Origin: Lama glama
Lineage: Eukaryota
Assembly (NCBI GenBank): GCA_028534125.1
Contig: CM052816.1
Span: forward strand, 47,556,001 to 47,620,000
Direction of reading: 5' to 3'
DNA length: 64,000 nucleotides
How positions within the stretch are numbered: position 1 is the first letter of the stretch; every line of letters starts with the position of its first letter. The translations under genes and the position numbers were made by a program. The notes under the pieces were generated by a model that searched no databases, had not been told where the DNA came from, and saw nothing but the letters and a program-made list of their open reading frames with translations. Of the stretch, positions 47,561-62,229 are shown piece after piece.

Positions 47561-49826
47561 ATAGCCCACAAATACTGTGTACAGCAGAAAATATAGAGAG
47601 TAGTGACAAATAAATCTTGAAATTCATAGCTTTGGAGCAACAAAGGAGAAATAGTAAAATATTAAAAAGCCTAGGTGAATTACAGTTTTAAAGTGCTTTA
47701 TTTAATCATATTACTTTAGCACTATTGACTATTCCTACCATGTAATGATCTATAATTATCTTAATGCCAAAAGATACCGTCACTTTTGTCTGTCAGCTTT
47801 ATTCATCCTGCAGTCATTTATGACCAGATCCCTTAAGTACAGAATAGTAAAGAAGAAACAATTATAATAAAGAATATAATTCACTACACTAGTAACCAAA
47901 CCCAGGACCATGTGTGGCCCTTTATTAAGTCTTTCACGTAGTGATCCTTCAGTGGAGAAATCTTACAAGGAAGTGGTGTCAATGGAAGACCTCCAATTTT
48001 AGGTTGAGCTTTTTGCTTTCTTAATACTGACATATACCTGCTTCATTTGAAATGGAGACTATTTTATATTAGAATAGATACTATGAATCTTTTGGCCAGG
48101 AAGATTCTAGCATATGCAGTTTTAAATACCAAGGATTTTTACTTTTGGAACCTAAATGCAATAATGTTCTCTGAAATGCATGTCAATACGTTGTGTCCTA
48201 ATCATGAAAAAATGTGAATCTTCATGTATGTATGTAAGAACCGATTGCAGGCATTGACAGGATATTTCAATGATACAATGCCTGTCTGGCATAAAATGTT
48301 TACACTGTCAAGGATAATCTCCATTTTTCACTTAATAAGTAAGAAGTGGAGATAGTTAAAAATGCTGGAATGCATCTGATAGGTTTTTTTTGTTTGTTCG
48401 TTTGCTTTTGTTTTTTCCTTTGTTTTCTGGAACATACTTTCCAAACTTCAAAACTAAGAGGGCAGTGTTCTTCATGGCAGTTACCATTCTCTGAAGAATA
48501 TTTATCATTTCCAATATTTTCCTAATAATTCTCACATCCTCACTTCACAGTCACCCTATAAACATAATGGCTTATTCAGATACATTTAAGTATCTATATA
48601 AAGCTGGCTACATTGATCATAAATGCTGTAATGACTAGATCCAATGTTTATTACCTTGATCATAAGTGTATGCATATGTCTAAACTCACCAAATAGTATA
48701 CATTATATATGAACAGTTTTTTGTGTATTAATGAGACCTCAAGAAAGCTGAGGAGAGAGACCAGATCCAATGCCTGGATACTGTTTTCCTGGGAGACATT
48801 TAGAAAGAAAGAGATTTCTTTGTGGCACCTATGGTTGCCTAATTACAGCTTTCATGGTTTCAAATAATTTCCTGTCTTTTAGAGTTACTCACTGACTTTC
48901 CATGAGAGTAACCCTCAAAAAATGTACACTTATATATCTACATATATTCTCTATAACTGATACTATGCATATGTGTTGATTCTTATTAATATATCTCCTT
49001 AAGATTTCCTTAAGATTCAGAATTGACTTGAAAAACACAATGTGATTAATGTGTAAAGTATTTAAAGTTGGAAAAATTTTAGAAGCTGTGAATTTCCATT
49101 ATTGTTTATTGGTTATTTCTTTCATTTGGTTTATTAATTACCATATTCATACATATCTGTTCCAAAATACAGGATAAAAATTAAATTAGTGGATAACAAA
49201 TAGTCCACCTGCCTATTAATCATGCATTTTTTTTCTTTTGTATTGATTTAAGAACATACTATTTAGAAGGTGGACTAGTAATTTCTTAAAGTTTCTAATT
49301 AAAGAGTCAAATTCAAAACTTCTAAGAAACAATATTTAGGTTAATCAGCAATAGTTGCCTTTTTTGAAGCTTCCCTTTCTCCATAAAAATTATTTTTTGA
49401 AAAAAATTCAGTGGATGGAGTTGATGATCTAGTCCACCACTCTTTCTCTAAAGAACATTTCTTCATGCAGCTTAATTACCAGTGGAAACTTTTTCTGATA
49501 ATATATACTTCAATATCTAATAATAACAACAATAATGATAATATTATTATTATTTGAGTTTATTTTCAACATAAGTACCCTTATTGAAAGCCCTGGAAGA
49601 AATGTTAAAATTACAAAACCAGTCAACAACATAAGCATGCATTTTCATGTTAGTAAATTCAGATTTTTTTAAACGTCAAAAATTTTCAACTTTCAAATTA
49701 AAATTCAAACACATTTTTTACCAACACCACTTATTGCTTCTTTAAGCTGCATTGGCCATGCTTTGGTCACAAGAAAGCTAAGGCTTCCTTCAGAATGATA
49801 CTTCTGTTTTCAGAGAGAATACATTA

Positions 49827-49855
49827 CACACACACACACACAATCACACACATAC
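49827..49855. repeat. (CA)n microsatellite
   Basis: acacacacacacacacaatcacacacata. Confidence 0.85.
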
Positions 49856-52789
49856 AAATGAACTGCCAGAGCAAAACCTAAGTGGATATCATTAATGTCA
49901 TCCTTTGTCCAATTCCCGATACCGTTAGTGGGAGTTTTCTTTCTTTTTTTTAGATTGCATCTCTTAATCTCTAGCCCTTGTACAACTCTAGGGCATTTCT
50001 GACAACTTTAAAATATTTATAAACCAAATCCAAACTGCCCGAGGCTATGGTCACCTCAGACCTCTTATCTGTATCTATGCAGGCAAGAGTAGCTTATTCA
50101 GTGGACTAGGTTCTGTAGAAAACCAAAATAGTCTATTCCACATGAAATAACCCAGCGCTTTTGAGACTGAGTTAACTGATTTAAATGATTTCCTAATTTT
50201 CGGGTTCATAATTCTTTGAATTGTTTACTCTACGTTCACAATGAAATCTTAAAAGGCTTTTTATAAATTTTATGAAGGTTTCATAAAGAGATAAAGTTCA
50301 GCTCACTTGCTATTTACATTAGAAGTCAACTCTTTCTTTTGAAGCCAACTCATTGGACTTTGTGTAATCAACCCAAAGAATGTAAGTGAATCTACAGAAG
50401 TAACTAAAACTCAAATCAGTACATCGGTTGGTAGTCCATTGGCCCAGGTAGAAAATATGGCCAGGGGCTGGCTTCCCCCCACAAAAAATAAATATATAAA
50501 ATTTCCAGTCTATAAATGTTTTTGAATTAAAATTAGTTGCCAAGACTTAAAATTACAAGATTTTACAAAAAAACAGAATCTTCAGGTTTTCTTAGAAAAT
50601 CTGAAGGAGCTTTTCTCTGGGCTGGCATTCCCACAAAGTAGCAGACCCTTGGAGCCAGGTGGGCCTGCTCTCTCCAAGCAGGTCCTGAATTCTCCCTCTG
50701 CCCTTGTTCTCACCATGATGCTGGCTCTATACGCTACCCCAGGAGGCATCTGAATTTGTGACCTGAGGCATTTGAGTTGGAGTTGTGAAATCTGGGGTAG
50801 CACTGAATTTTGAGACTGTTTTCAGTCTACTCTACTGTCTGATTTTTATATTTTTGTTTCAGAGGTGTATGTTTATAGCTCTATTGTTCAAGAAATGATT
50901 CAGAATAAAAAGTAATGTGCTTAAAGGGTACTAGGCAGGCAGGCTGCCTTCATAGGTATATTTTGACATTTCTGCTTCTATTAGATATTATCATGCTATC
51001 CTTTTTATAACAACATCAACAAAAACATCTTGGATAGAAAAGTGAAATAAACATCAAAACTGATGTTTTACTGATAATTTTCCTATAGCAAACTTAAAAA
51101 CACACACACCCTACAGTAGGTACACTACTAACAACTTTTTTTTTTTTTTTTTAGTGATAACTTCAAAGACAGAATCCTTGGGTTCTTTTATCTTTTCTCT
51201 TTGCTTCAATTTTCAAATACCTCAATTTTCTAGAGCTTGTCTGTAGTTTCACAAGGGATTTCAGTCCTTACAACATTCATAATTTGTACTTGATACTCTC
51301 TGCTTCTCTATTTGGTAGAGGAAAAAGAAAAAATAAGTTCTCAGAAACTCTTGACAACCCACTCATCTTCTCTAGGGCCCCAGCAGAAAACCAAGATTAT
51401 AATCACATAGGTCTATACGAATCCTTCGGCAAGAAAACTTGTGATCTTCTAGACCGATCATAAAAAGGCAATGTTTCTTTTTGTTTATAGTGAAGGAACA
51501 ATCTATCCACTCTACAGTCTACCTACAATAACTAATTACCTTTAAGATTTGGTTGCAATTTACCTAGTCCTTAGCAAGCACTGCTCACAAGTATAAGCAA
51601 ATACACCTGTAGTTAGATGCCTACCATTCTTTGGGAAGAACATTGTGTAGTTTTTTTTTCATAAAAAATGCTCTATTCCCACAGAAAAAAAATATTTTAA
51701 ATCAAGTCAGGGAAGCTTAACTGCTTCTTGGACAATATGGTTTTGTTATACACAAAGATGGAAAACTTGTGCACAGACAGCTAGGTCCTCTCTACCCTAA
51801 ACTGAAAAGTAGGCAACTGTTTCTTTCTCTTTCTTCCCCTCCCCTCTGCTTGGGTTGCATGGACCCTACATCATGATTATAGAAAGGCCCACTACACTCT
51901 GCTCTCCTGGAAAATATGCCTTCCTCTTGATTTTGTTTTTTTCTCTACATCTCAGACTTCCTTTTACTTCTCTTTAAGGCCTCTGATTGATGTCTGGTTC
52001 ATTGAAATTAACTTGATAAAATCATTTGAAACAGTTTAATAGATAAAAATACCAGTGGCAGAGACAACTTGGTTCAAATGAATCTTTCCAATCATTCTAT
52101 AAAAGCAAGTGTCTGCCAAAACAATATTGGTTTTAGTGGCACCTAATTTAAGCTTTAAAATCAATGCAAGGAGGTAATTTAGAGTAAATTTTTTTGAAAC
52201 ATAATTTATAAACATGGTACAGATCTCATTTGAGTAAGGGAATGGAGAAACTCTAATTGATGGCTTGATTAACCTGTGGTTCAATACTAGTGCTATTACT
52301 ACTGTTGCAGCCCAGAGTCCCATTTACTAAGGTAACTTCTGAACTTAAATATTTCAGAGCACAGTCTGGTGTTTTGATATGAATAGTTGCAGAATACCAA
52401 ACAACAACTGTCTTGAGGTTATTGTTCCACCTCAGAGCTGAGCTGTATCTGTTGAAGTCCACTGTATCTGTTTGCATCATAATCTCCCCATCTTCTTTGC
52501 CATTACTTCATTGCCATAACTTATAGCTTTCCTACCTATTCTTTTATCTTTCTCAAATATTTAATAAGTGAATTAAAGGTTTCATTTCCAATACATCGTT
52601 TATAATAAGTTTTAGTAGCTTCAACTTCCACTTTATATTATTCCAAAATTCTGAACTGAACATCCTTACTCTGAACATCTCAATTCCATTTCTACAAACT
52701 TTGAAATGTGGCATCACCTGGAATATTTCTCCTTTCTTTCTCCTGCACCTCCAGCTTACCTATTTTCTCTATTCCATTTAACCGTCTTT

Positions 52790-53680
52790 TCATTCTCGTT
52801 GCATCTAATCTATCAGTTTTCATTTTTCTCTGTACTGATGGGAATTCCACGATTGGCCATAGCAAATGTGCTCTGATCCCCTCAACTATCTACCTTATAT
52901 CCATTCACCAGTAAGTAGTCATTTGGATTGTTCCCAGTTTAGGGCTATTATAAGTATATTTCCTATGAACATTTGTAAACAAGTCTTTGTGTGGACATAT
53001 GCATTAATTTTTCTCAGGAAAATACTTAGGATTTGAAGTTTTGAGTGATGTGATAAGTGTATATTTAACTTTTTAAGAAACTACCAAACTGTTTTCCACA
53101 TGACTGCAGAAGATAGATGTTGAGGTGGCCCTCATGATCCCCCTGGTGTTCGCGTCCTTTTATAATTCCCACCCCTCAAGTGTGGCTAAGACCTGTGGCT
53201 TGCTTCTAACCAATAGAATATGGTGAATATGAAGGAATGTTGTTCTGGTCAAAGCATTACCTTATATAAGACTCTGTGCAGCAAGTAGACTCTAGAGTCT
53301 CTCTCTCCTTTTGCTGTCTTTGAAGAAGCAAGCTGCCGTGAATTCTACAACAAGTAAATTAATTCTGTCAAAAACCCAAGGGAGTTGGAAAAGTACCTCA
53401 AGCTTCAAATGAGAATCTAGCCTTGGTCACACCTTGATAGTAGTCTTATGAAACCCTAAGAGAAGATCTCCCTCCCTAAACCGTGTCCACATTTCTGGCT
53501 TGCAGAGGCTACGAGATAATAAATGTGTGTTGTGTTAAGCCACTGTGGCAATTTGTTACACAGTAATAGAAGATTTATATAGTAGCTATATTACTTTATA
53601 ATCCCATCAATAACGTGCATTCCAGTTGCTCCACATCCTTGATTTGATATTATCAGGTTTTTCCATTTTAACCATTCTAA
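52790..53680 (-). mobile_element. Old L1 3' fragment split by an MLT1 LTR
   Basis: catttggattgttcccagttt...aactaccaaactgttttcca, resuming after the LTR with ttccagttgctccacatcctt. Confidence 0.75.
53105..53580 (+). mobile_element. MaLR solo LTR (MLT1E/F-like)
   Basis: gaggtggccctcatgatccccctggtgttc...cttgcttctaaccaatagaatatgg...ataataaatgtgtgttg...atttgttacacagtaataga. Confidence 0.85.
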
Positions 53681-53989
53681 TCTAATTTAGAAAATGTGAT
53701 CAATTTCTATAAAAAGACCTATTGGATTTTGATTAGGATTACATTGAATCTACACATGAATTTTGAGCGCCATTCCGCCCTCTATGTTTCACAGTACAGA
53801 ATGTGCTTCCCTGCAAAAAGCCAAGCAATCATAGTGTTCAGCCCTTTGTTTCCCTTACTGATTTTGTAACTGCCAGTTCTCCACTGTCTTAAAGGGTTCT
53901 TTTAGACATTTAGTCCAGTTTTATAATTGTTTTGGGGGGAGATATAAATCCAATCCTTGTTGCTACACATGGCATTTCTTGCAAAACCA

Positions 53990-54440
53990 TTATGCATTTC
54001 TTTCAAATCTCAACAAATAAAGTAGACATAAATAGGTAAGGGTATAGAAAATTTTAAAAACACATTTAATAGCTTTAATCTAATTGATTTATAGAGAACT
54101 TCCTACCAACAACAGAAAATATGCGTGCTTTCAAAACATACACAAAACATTAAAACATTAACCATTTGGTCTCAACGTAATCGCAACAATTCCAAAACGT
54201 ATAAGCCATACAGATTATAATACTGGCAACAATGTAATAAAGTTTGTAATTAACAATAAAAATTAACTGAAATTTATATACATCTGGATTTAGAATATAC
54301 ACTTTGAAATAACTCTTGTGTTAAAGAAGCCTTCAAGAGAAAAATTACAGATAATAACTAAGTTGTGCAAATTTAACTTCTGCAGATTCAAATAATGCTT
54401 ACTTATAGAAAAGAAAAAGAGCAAGAATGAGACATAAATA
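53990..54440 (+). mobile_element. Old L1 ORF2 endonuclease-region fragment
   Basis: ctaattgatttatagagaacttcctaccaacaacagaaaatatgcgtgctttca. Confidence 0.65.
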
Positions 54441-54664
54441 AATATATAAATATTGTGGTTGATTCTGCCTACCATTCCACTCAAAAAGCAGGTCCATGTG
54501 AAAAGGGAGAGATGTTCTGCTGTGTTAGCACTGCTGCTCTTCATGATGTGACTGTTAATACCATATTGAATAGGGCACATGTCTTTAAAGATATGTTAAG
54601 CTGCCCTCCACTGTTAGTAATGACAGAAGGGATAATTTGGTTCAAACCACCAAGTGAAGCTGCC

Positions 54665-54820
54665 AGAGGAGGATTTATTGTGAAGCAAATGAAGTTTAGG
54701 TTTTAGGGCTCCTCACTTGCTGCTTCCTCTCAAAGCCCTGTGCCTAGTTTTGTATTCTTTCTTTTAAAGAGAGACCCACAAATTGTGCAAGTTTGAAGTC
54801 CACAAAACATGATAGCCAAC
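54665..54820. mobile_element. hAT-type DNA transposon fossil (MER53-like)
   Basis: cagaggaggatttattgtgaagcaaatgaag...ctcctcacttgc...ccacaaaac. Confidence 0.75.
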
Positions 54821-56224
54821 CAAAAAAAATTTGAGTTCAAAATGATAGTGAGGAGTAACCATGTCAATGTCTAGGAGAAAACAGAAATCCAAGAGCACCT
54901 GGACTTTCAAGTTCCTTTTGTGCAGGAGACATTTGCAGATCCAGAAAGAACTTTGAGAAGCTGAGCAGAATCTTTGACAACTTCTTTGGTCTAGAGCAAC
55001 AAAAGCTTAAGTCCAAGGCTCACCAAGGCAGGTGGCCCTGGTGAACAACCCTTGCGGCCCCTTAGGAACATGGACAAATAGGAGGTACAACAACTTTGCA
55101 AGTAGGGCAACGAACTCTCAGTCATCTGGGTTGCACAGAAGACCTCACACTTTGAAATTGACTGAAGGTCACTTGTTTTGCTTGTGCCCCTAAATGCCTG
55201 ACAAAAGCAAAAGGGAATTCTCTCTGAAGGAAGATAACTTCATTTAAGGCTTCAAATTATTTCTAAAAATTATTTTTCAAATAGAACATCTAGCACACAA
55301 CCAAAGATGAGGGAAAAAGACAAGATAAGCAACCGTCAGCATTACAGACAATGAAACAGATCCACAGGCACAGTAGCCAATGAAATTTCTGGGCACAGAC
55401 TGTAAAATAACCGTGCTTATTACACTCTTGGAATTAAAAGCATCATCTCCAAATGTCAACCAAGAATTGGAAATTATAAATAGCGATATAGCCTATTAAA
55501 AAACGCCTGGAAATTCAAGAGCTAAAGTGCACACAGAAAAATAAGAACTCCCTAAGTAGCACAATGGCAAATAAAACTTAAAGAGGGAGAGAGTTAAATA
55601 AATGAGAGATAGATCAGATCGAGCGACCTCTTCCAGTGCAGATGGCTTTCTGGCTTATATAGACCTCATTAGGGGCAAAGAGGTTTTCAAGGCCATTTGT
55701 TGTTACAATCTCATGGAGAAGGTGCCTCTCATTCTCTCACTCCTGACCCTAACTTGGGTTTGGGAAAGGACACTGACTGGGGCATGTAACATCAAAGATC
55801 CATCCGGGGTCTCATCAGCTACGATTAGGAGACGTCTGCATTTTGCCATGTCCCCAAAACACATAGGTTAGGGCCTGTATTCTTTAATCACAAATGCAGA
55901 ACCTGGAGTCACTACCCTAAGAATAGATTCCTCTCCATGAATGCATTTTTGCCTTAAATTTAATTGAACATTATAATTAGATATTTCAAAAGATATTTAT
56001 CTTTACTAAAATTCCCCAGAATGTCACCCTTCTTTTGAAATACTGAATATGTTCATTATAGGGCAGTTTTCCATTTTTGTACTTAAAGAGAGATTTCCAT
56101 GTTGTGTATCTAAGGGACATTTTTTTTTTCTGTAGCATTTGATAACCTTGACTACTCTTTTTATGAAATACTTTTACATTAGCTTCTGTAAAAGTGCAGT
56201 TTCCTGGTTTTCCCCTATAATTCT

Positions 56225-56257
56225 TTAAAAAAAATTGTTTTTATTGAGTTATAGTCA
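56225..56257 (-). mobile_element. Ultra-short L1 3' terminus with 18-bp TSD
   Basis: tttttattgagttatagtca between gttttcccctataattct (56207-56224) and gttttcccctgtatttct (56258-56275). Confidence 0.65.
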
Positions 56258-56904
56258 GTTTTCCCCTGTATTTCTGATCACTCGTTTTCTCTATATTTAC
56301 TTTGTAGCCACATTCCTGTCTAACCACTAAGTTCTGGGTTTTCTTAAGGTTTTGCTTTAGACTCTTTCTTCATACAATTCACCCCCTTGTAATCTCTTCC
56401 ATGAAGAGAGCTTTGAAAACTACCTGTATACAATAATCCCACATTTAATTTCTAGTCAGTTTCACTTTTTGTCGTTTTGGAAATATGTAAGTCCTCCAAC
56501 ATAATGTTAATATGAGATGTTAATTACAGAGGAAACAGTGCAGGGTATATGGGAAGTCTCTGTATGATCTTCACAAATTTTCTGGAAATCTAAAAATTTT
56601 TTTTACATAATTTTGATGCTTAAAAAACTTGGCAACCAAATTGAAACAGTCAATGCATAAATGGGAAACTGTGGTAAAGGAACTAGTATGTTTATTCAGG
56701 GCTAGAAAATGGAGTGTCAACCTCTCCTGAGTTGTAAGGGAAAATAAATCTGATTCAAGGATTTTCTGCCCAGCTAAATTATCCTCCGATTTAAAGGCAG
56801 AGACAAACACTTAATTCTTCTGGAAAAAAAATAGAAAAATGAGAAAACAAAATCTATCAGTAAAAAGAGAATCGAAATTTTACAATTCAGAAGAAAAAAA
56901 GTCT

Positions 56905-57350
56905 TTATTAACTATCGTGCTGTGTAACAAATCACCCCCAGACTTTCAGCTTAGAAGATTAAGCATTTATTATGTCACAGTTTCTGTGGGTCAGGAATTT
57001 GAAGGTTGCTCAGCTGGGTGATTCTGACTCAGCATTTCTGGTGAGTCAAGTTGTTGGTCAGGGTTGAATGGGGGCTGTAGAATCAATCCCAGCCTGTTGA
57101 CAAAAGACTCAGTTCCTTTCTACTGTTCCTAGGATGCCCCAGTTCCTCCTCATCTTCCTCGGGCTGCTTGAATATCCTCATGACATAGCATCTGGCTTCT
57201 TCCAGAATGAGTGGTCCAAGACAGAGAAAGAAGTAACATTGCCCTTCATATCCAAGTCACAGAAGTTATTTCTTACACGCTCAGAGGGAGAATGGGGTGA
57301 GTTAATTCTACCTCTTATTGGAAAAAATAAGAATTTCTGGACATATTTTA
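56905..57350 (-). mobile_element. MaLR LTR (MLT1-type)
   Basis: gctgtgtaacaaatcacccc...cacagtttctgtgggtcaggaattt...ctgcttgaatatcctcatgacatagc. Confidence 0.8.
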
Positions 57351-57739
57351 AAGTTTCTGGTGGAAATAAGTGCCAATGTATTAATTTATTATATTTAATA
57401 TTAGGGAGTTAATTTATACCTAGAATATTTTAATGTAGTTAATTTTTAAATTCCTAATGAATTTATAGTCTTTCTCAACATTATAGGTATATTTTGGGAA
57501 CAATCATATCTTGTGGTGAAGAAATATTTATGTGAAGTTAGCAATTATTTCAGTTTCACTTCATTTTCTTTTTCTTTTAAGTTCAAATAAAACTAATTTA
57601 ATACTTCACTTGAAAATAGCATGCATGACATGTTTCCATTTATGAAATTATTCCTGTATCTCCCTACACTCCTCTATCCTTCTATCTATGGATGTGAATA
57701 GAGAGATACTTATAATGATATTTGCCTAATATTTATTCT

Positions 57740-57836
57740 GTTTCTTTTTTTTTTTTTTAATGGAGGTACTGGGGATTGAACCTAGGACCTCGTGCATGCT
57801 AAGCATGCATTCTGACACTAAGCTATACCCTCCCCC
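57740..57836 (-). mobile_element. tRNA-derived SINE (camelid Vic-1-like, short form)
   Basis: Reverse complement gggggagggtatagcttagtgtcagaatgcatgcttagcatgcacgaggtcctaggttcaatccccagtacctcc followed by poly(A); TSD ttattct at 57733-57739 and 57837-57843. Confidence 0.92.
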
Positions 57837-60745
57837 TTATTCTAAGTGATACGATTTTTTTTTAACTTTCTAATTTTTACTGTTCTGTATTACTTGTGCC
57901 AAGTCCTGCCCATGTGAGTCTTGCTTTCTCAGAGTTTACACAATCTCAAGGCCAAGGGATTCTTGATAGGTAGTGACATCATAAAATGTGTTATCAGTTT
58001 TTGTTCACAGAGGCAGGACCAAACAGATGACACTGCCTTCTGGTGGGAGGCAGGTGCAGATGAGCAGGGAGAAAAATAGATGTGCTCTCCCCAGGGTGAT
58101 ATCTGACCATCTCTAAAACAAGACCACTTAATGTGATTTTCCACACCTTCTCCTTGCTCCAGTTTACTTTCTTTTTAATTAAAATTTAGGATACATGTGA
58201 AACTTACTGTCATCGTTGGTCTATTTATGACACTGATGTTATTTCATTTATTTTGTTTTGTTTTACTTTTTGTTCCCTCATCCCCAATCCCTAATCCCAT
58301 TCCTCTAGCCCAAGATAAATCTTAGTCATGGTTGTCTTATTTTTAAAATACTCTATATAATGAAGTTAAAGAACATTATACGTAAGGGTTTTACATCTTT
58401 TTTTTCTCCCAGATGAAATTTGCATATAATTTCTTCTCTTACACCATTATATTTCTATTTTGATATGAAGGTTATATGTACTTCATAACCCAGGTTCTTT
58501 TCTGTTCTTAGAAACAACTTACATAAAACATTAATTATTAATTGCAGGTCTTCCCCGATTGTTGTATACACTGGTGAGGCCTATGAAGAAGCCCTGATGA
58601 GTGTATATGAATCTTCCCAGAGTCTGTGTCTCCTAAATGTTCTACGTTCTCATATTAACCCACATTTGGCCTCTTCTAATTGGTTAAAATTTGGGGCTGA
58701 ATTCTTCTTACCAGATTGTATGGTGTCAAGTAAATGTGCCCATCCTGTCTCTTCTTGGAGGTTCCTGTCTTTCCTTAGATTTCAAGTTCATTAGTTATCC
58801 TGAAGCCTTAACTTCCTGCTGTGTTCAAAACAAGCTGTGTAGGTAGATTATCTGAATTTTGTTGTTGTTGTAAGGGTGGGAGTGATGCACTTTCCAGCTT
58901 TCTACATCTTCAGCAGAACCCAAAAGTCCATTCTTTTCTAACTGCCTCCCAAGTCAAAGCCAAGTCCTAGGCTCAAATGTAATTACCCTAAAGGAATCTA
59001 TGGTATGCAATTACAGGTTTTCACTTTTATATTTGGCCTCATTTCTGTCTATATTTTTTTCATTATGTTGCATATATGTTACAAAATAACCTCAAATCCT
59101 TTATGGAATGATAAGTAGTAAACAAACAAACAAACAAAATAGACAAGAAGGCCTGTCTGCTTTTTCGTTCCCTCCCCTTTTAAAGAGAATTCCAGCTTAC
59201 CTACTCAATTTCTTCTCTTCCTTGTTTTTTAATGAGTATTATTTTCTGTACACATTATCATTTGAAATGAAAACTCAAGAAGAAGAGGAAAAGGTGAGAG
59301 ACAGAAGACATGCAAACTAGGACTAAGGTAGGAGTTTTTGATAGTTAAGGATGAAACATGAAAACATCCTGTATGTGCGAAAAGAAAGGGAGAGAAAAGC
59401 AGAATTTAAATTAGTGTCACTGTGAGACATGTATCCCTGAATAGTGTATAAAGATAAACAAAAATAGATTATTTTTAAATTTATTTTTGGTTGTAGAATT
59501 CTTTTCCTTTGTCTGAGACTAGGTCATGCATGTCAGGTCATGGTTTTATCATAGTGTGTAAATATATAGCTTGGGGATTTTGTGAAAAAAAAAATCACTA
59601 AAGAAATCCAAAAATCTCTTTTATCTCTAAGGTATTGCATTGTTTTATAAAATACATAATGTTCCACCCCAGTAAGTTACATATCTGTAACGGTAGAATT
59701 GATTTTTTAAAACATGTTTTGGAGATTTTTTATTATTTTAAAAAATTACTCTAATAGTGATATATAATAAATAAAAAGATTTATGCACTATAACACAAAA
59801 ATGCCTTTTCTGGAAATCTATCCCACAAAAGCAATGGTATAATAGCAGTAGAAAGATATTTATTTTAGTATTATTTCTGAAGCAAAACCCTAAAAATAAC
59901 AATGTCCAGTAAAACTGAATGGCTGAATAAATCATGATATGTTATATAAAGTGGTTATTATATAAGGATTTAAAAGACTGTGCTATATTTATATATATAT
60001 TAGTTTGGAAATGTGTGTATATCATATACTTAACTGAAAAAGGCAATGCACTAGTAATAAGTATAACATGATATTTTCTGAAAAGTATATCTACATATAT
60101 ATACTAGCAGATATTATATGTATAAACTTGGAAAATAGTTAGGGAAAAATATATACAAAGTTTAAAACAGTGATTATTTCTACAAGTTGCATCTGAAGAG
60201 AAGAAAAAGGACAGAGGGGGAAATTTTTACTCATCCACTATTTTAAAGTGATAGAATCAAGAATACCACCCCCTCCCGACCAAAGGGGAAACATCTACTT
60301 TTAAATAAAGAGTTACACAGAATACTTTAATGAAAGGTCTCAAAGAAGTTCATACCAAATAATAGTGATTGCTTCTGGAGGAGGAAGGAGGGACTGAAAG
60401 AGGGGATTTTCAATAGAACATTATATATCTGCTTTGTTTAATTTTTTTCAACACACACACACTATGTTTTACTTAAAGTAATACAAAACAAAAATATAAT
60501 TTCCTAGATTCAGCCCTGTTTTTATTTTGAAAACGATTGGATGAATGAGTTAGCATCAGGATTATTTCTTTTTGCCTCCAGCAAACCAGCCCCCTTTAAC
60601 CAGAAGAGATCCAGTGTGGATACACTCTGTCTTCCTCTATTAGGCATGAAAACAAATTCAGATTTCACAAGAACCAGAATAAGCAAGAAGCCTCCAAACC
60701 ACATAATCTCTCATTCATTCAGGTACTTATTCATTTAGCTAACTT

Positions 60746-61885
60746 CAAAATAAACAAGTGGGACTATAACAAACTAAAGAGCTTTTGCACAGTGAAGGAA
60801 GCTATCAACAAAGCAACTAGGCAGCCTACTGAATGGGAGATGATATTTGCAAATGATATATCTGATAAAGGATTAATATCCAAAATATGTAAAACATTCA
60901 TACAGTTCAACACCAATAAAACAAACAACTGGACTGAAAAATGGGCAGGGGATCTGAATAGACATTTTTCCAAGGAAAACATACAGATGGCCAACAGACA
61001 CATGAAAACATGCTCACCATCACTAATCATCAGAGAAATGTAAATCAAAACCACAATGAGATATCATTTCACACCTGTCAGAATGACTATCATCAAAAGA
61101 CAATAAATAACAAGTGCTGGTGAGGCTGTAGAGAAAACTGAGCCTTCATACACTCTTAGTGGGATTGTAAATTGATGCAGCCACTATGGAAAACATTGTT
61201 GGGCTTCTTCAAAAAATTAAAAATAGAACTACCATATGATTCAACAATTTCACTTCTGGGTATTTAATTGGAGAAAATAAAGCACTAATTTAAAAAGATA
61301 TATGCACCCCAATGTTTATTTCAGCATTATTGACAATAGCCAGAATGTAGAAACAACCTAAGTACCCATCAATAGATGAACGGATAGAGAAGAAGTGGTA
61401 TATGTACAGTGGAATACTACTCAGCCACTGAAAAAGAGAAATCTTCCCATTTGTGACAACATGGATGGATTTAGAAAGTATTATACTAATTGAAATAAGT
61501 CAGACAAAGATAAATACCATATGATGTCACTTATATGTGGAATCTAAAATACAAAACAAGTAAACAAACAAAATAAAACAAAACAGACTCATAGATACAG
61601 AAAACATACGGCGGTTGCCACAGTGGAGTGGGGAGGGAGGTAGGCAAAATAGGTGAAGAGGCTTAAGAGGTACAAACCTCCAGTTATAAAATAAATAAGC
61701 CATGGATATGTAATATACAGGTGAAAATATGGTCAACAAAGTTGTAATAACTTTGTCTGGGGTTAGACAGTTACTAGACTTATAGCGATCACTTCATAAG
61801 TATGCAAGTGTCATATCACTGTGTAGTGTACCTGAAGCTAACATAATATTGTATGTCAACTATATTCCAATTAACAAAAAAGAAC
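60746..61885 (+). mobile_element. 5'-truncated L1 (ORF2 C-terminus, 3'UTR, A-rich end)
   Basis: Peptide [23 protein letters not shown]...[14 protein letters not shown]; canonical 3'UTR. Confidence 0.93.
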
Positions 61886-62229
61886 ACAACATGAAAGTGT
61901 CCAGATAACAACGTCTATTGCTCCTTGCTCATTACTCTTCCAAAAGGTAGAATGAATGTTAGAAATAAATGTGCTTGCTTTTTAAGTTCTATGCCCACAT
62001 CATTATCACAAATATCAGTTACTTTAGGATTCATCCCCTGCTCTCTCATAACATCAAATTCCTCTTTCTATTGTACCATTCCCATCAAAATACAAATACG
62101 TTACTATTTCTATTTATCTCAATTGCTCTCCACATATTGTCCCATTTCCCTATTTCTTATACAAAAGAAAAAAAAGTCCAGAGATGTCTGTATTTGCTAA
62201 CTCTAATTTCTCCCCTCCTATCTTCCTTT

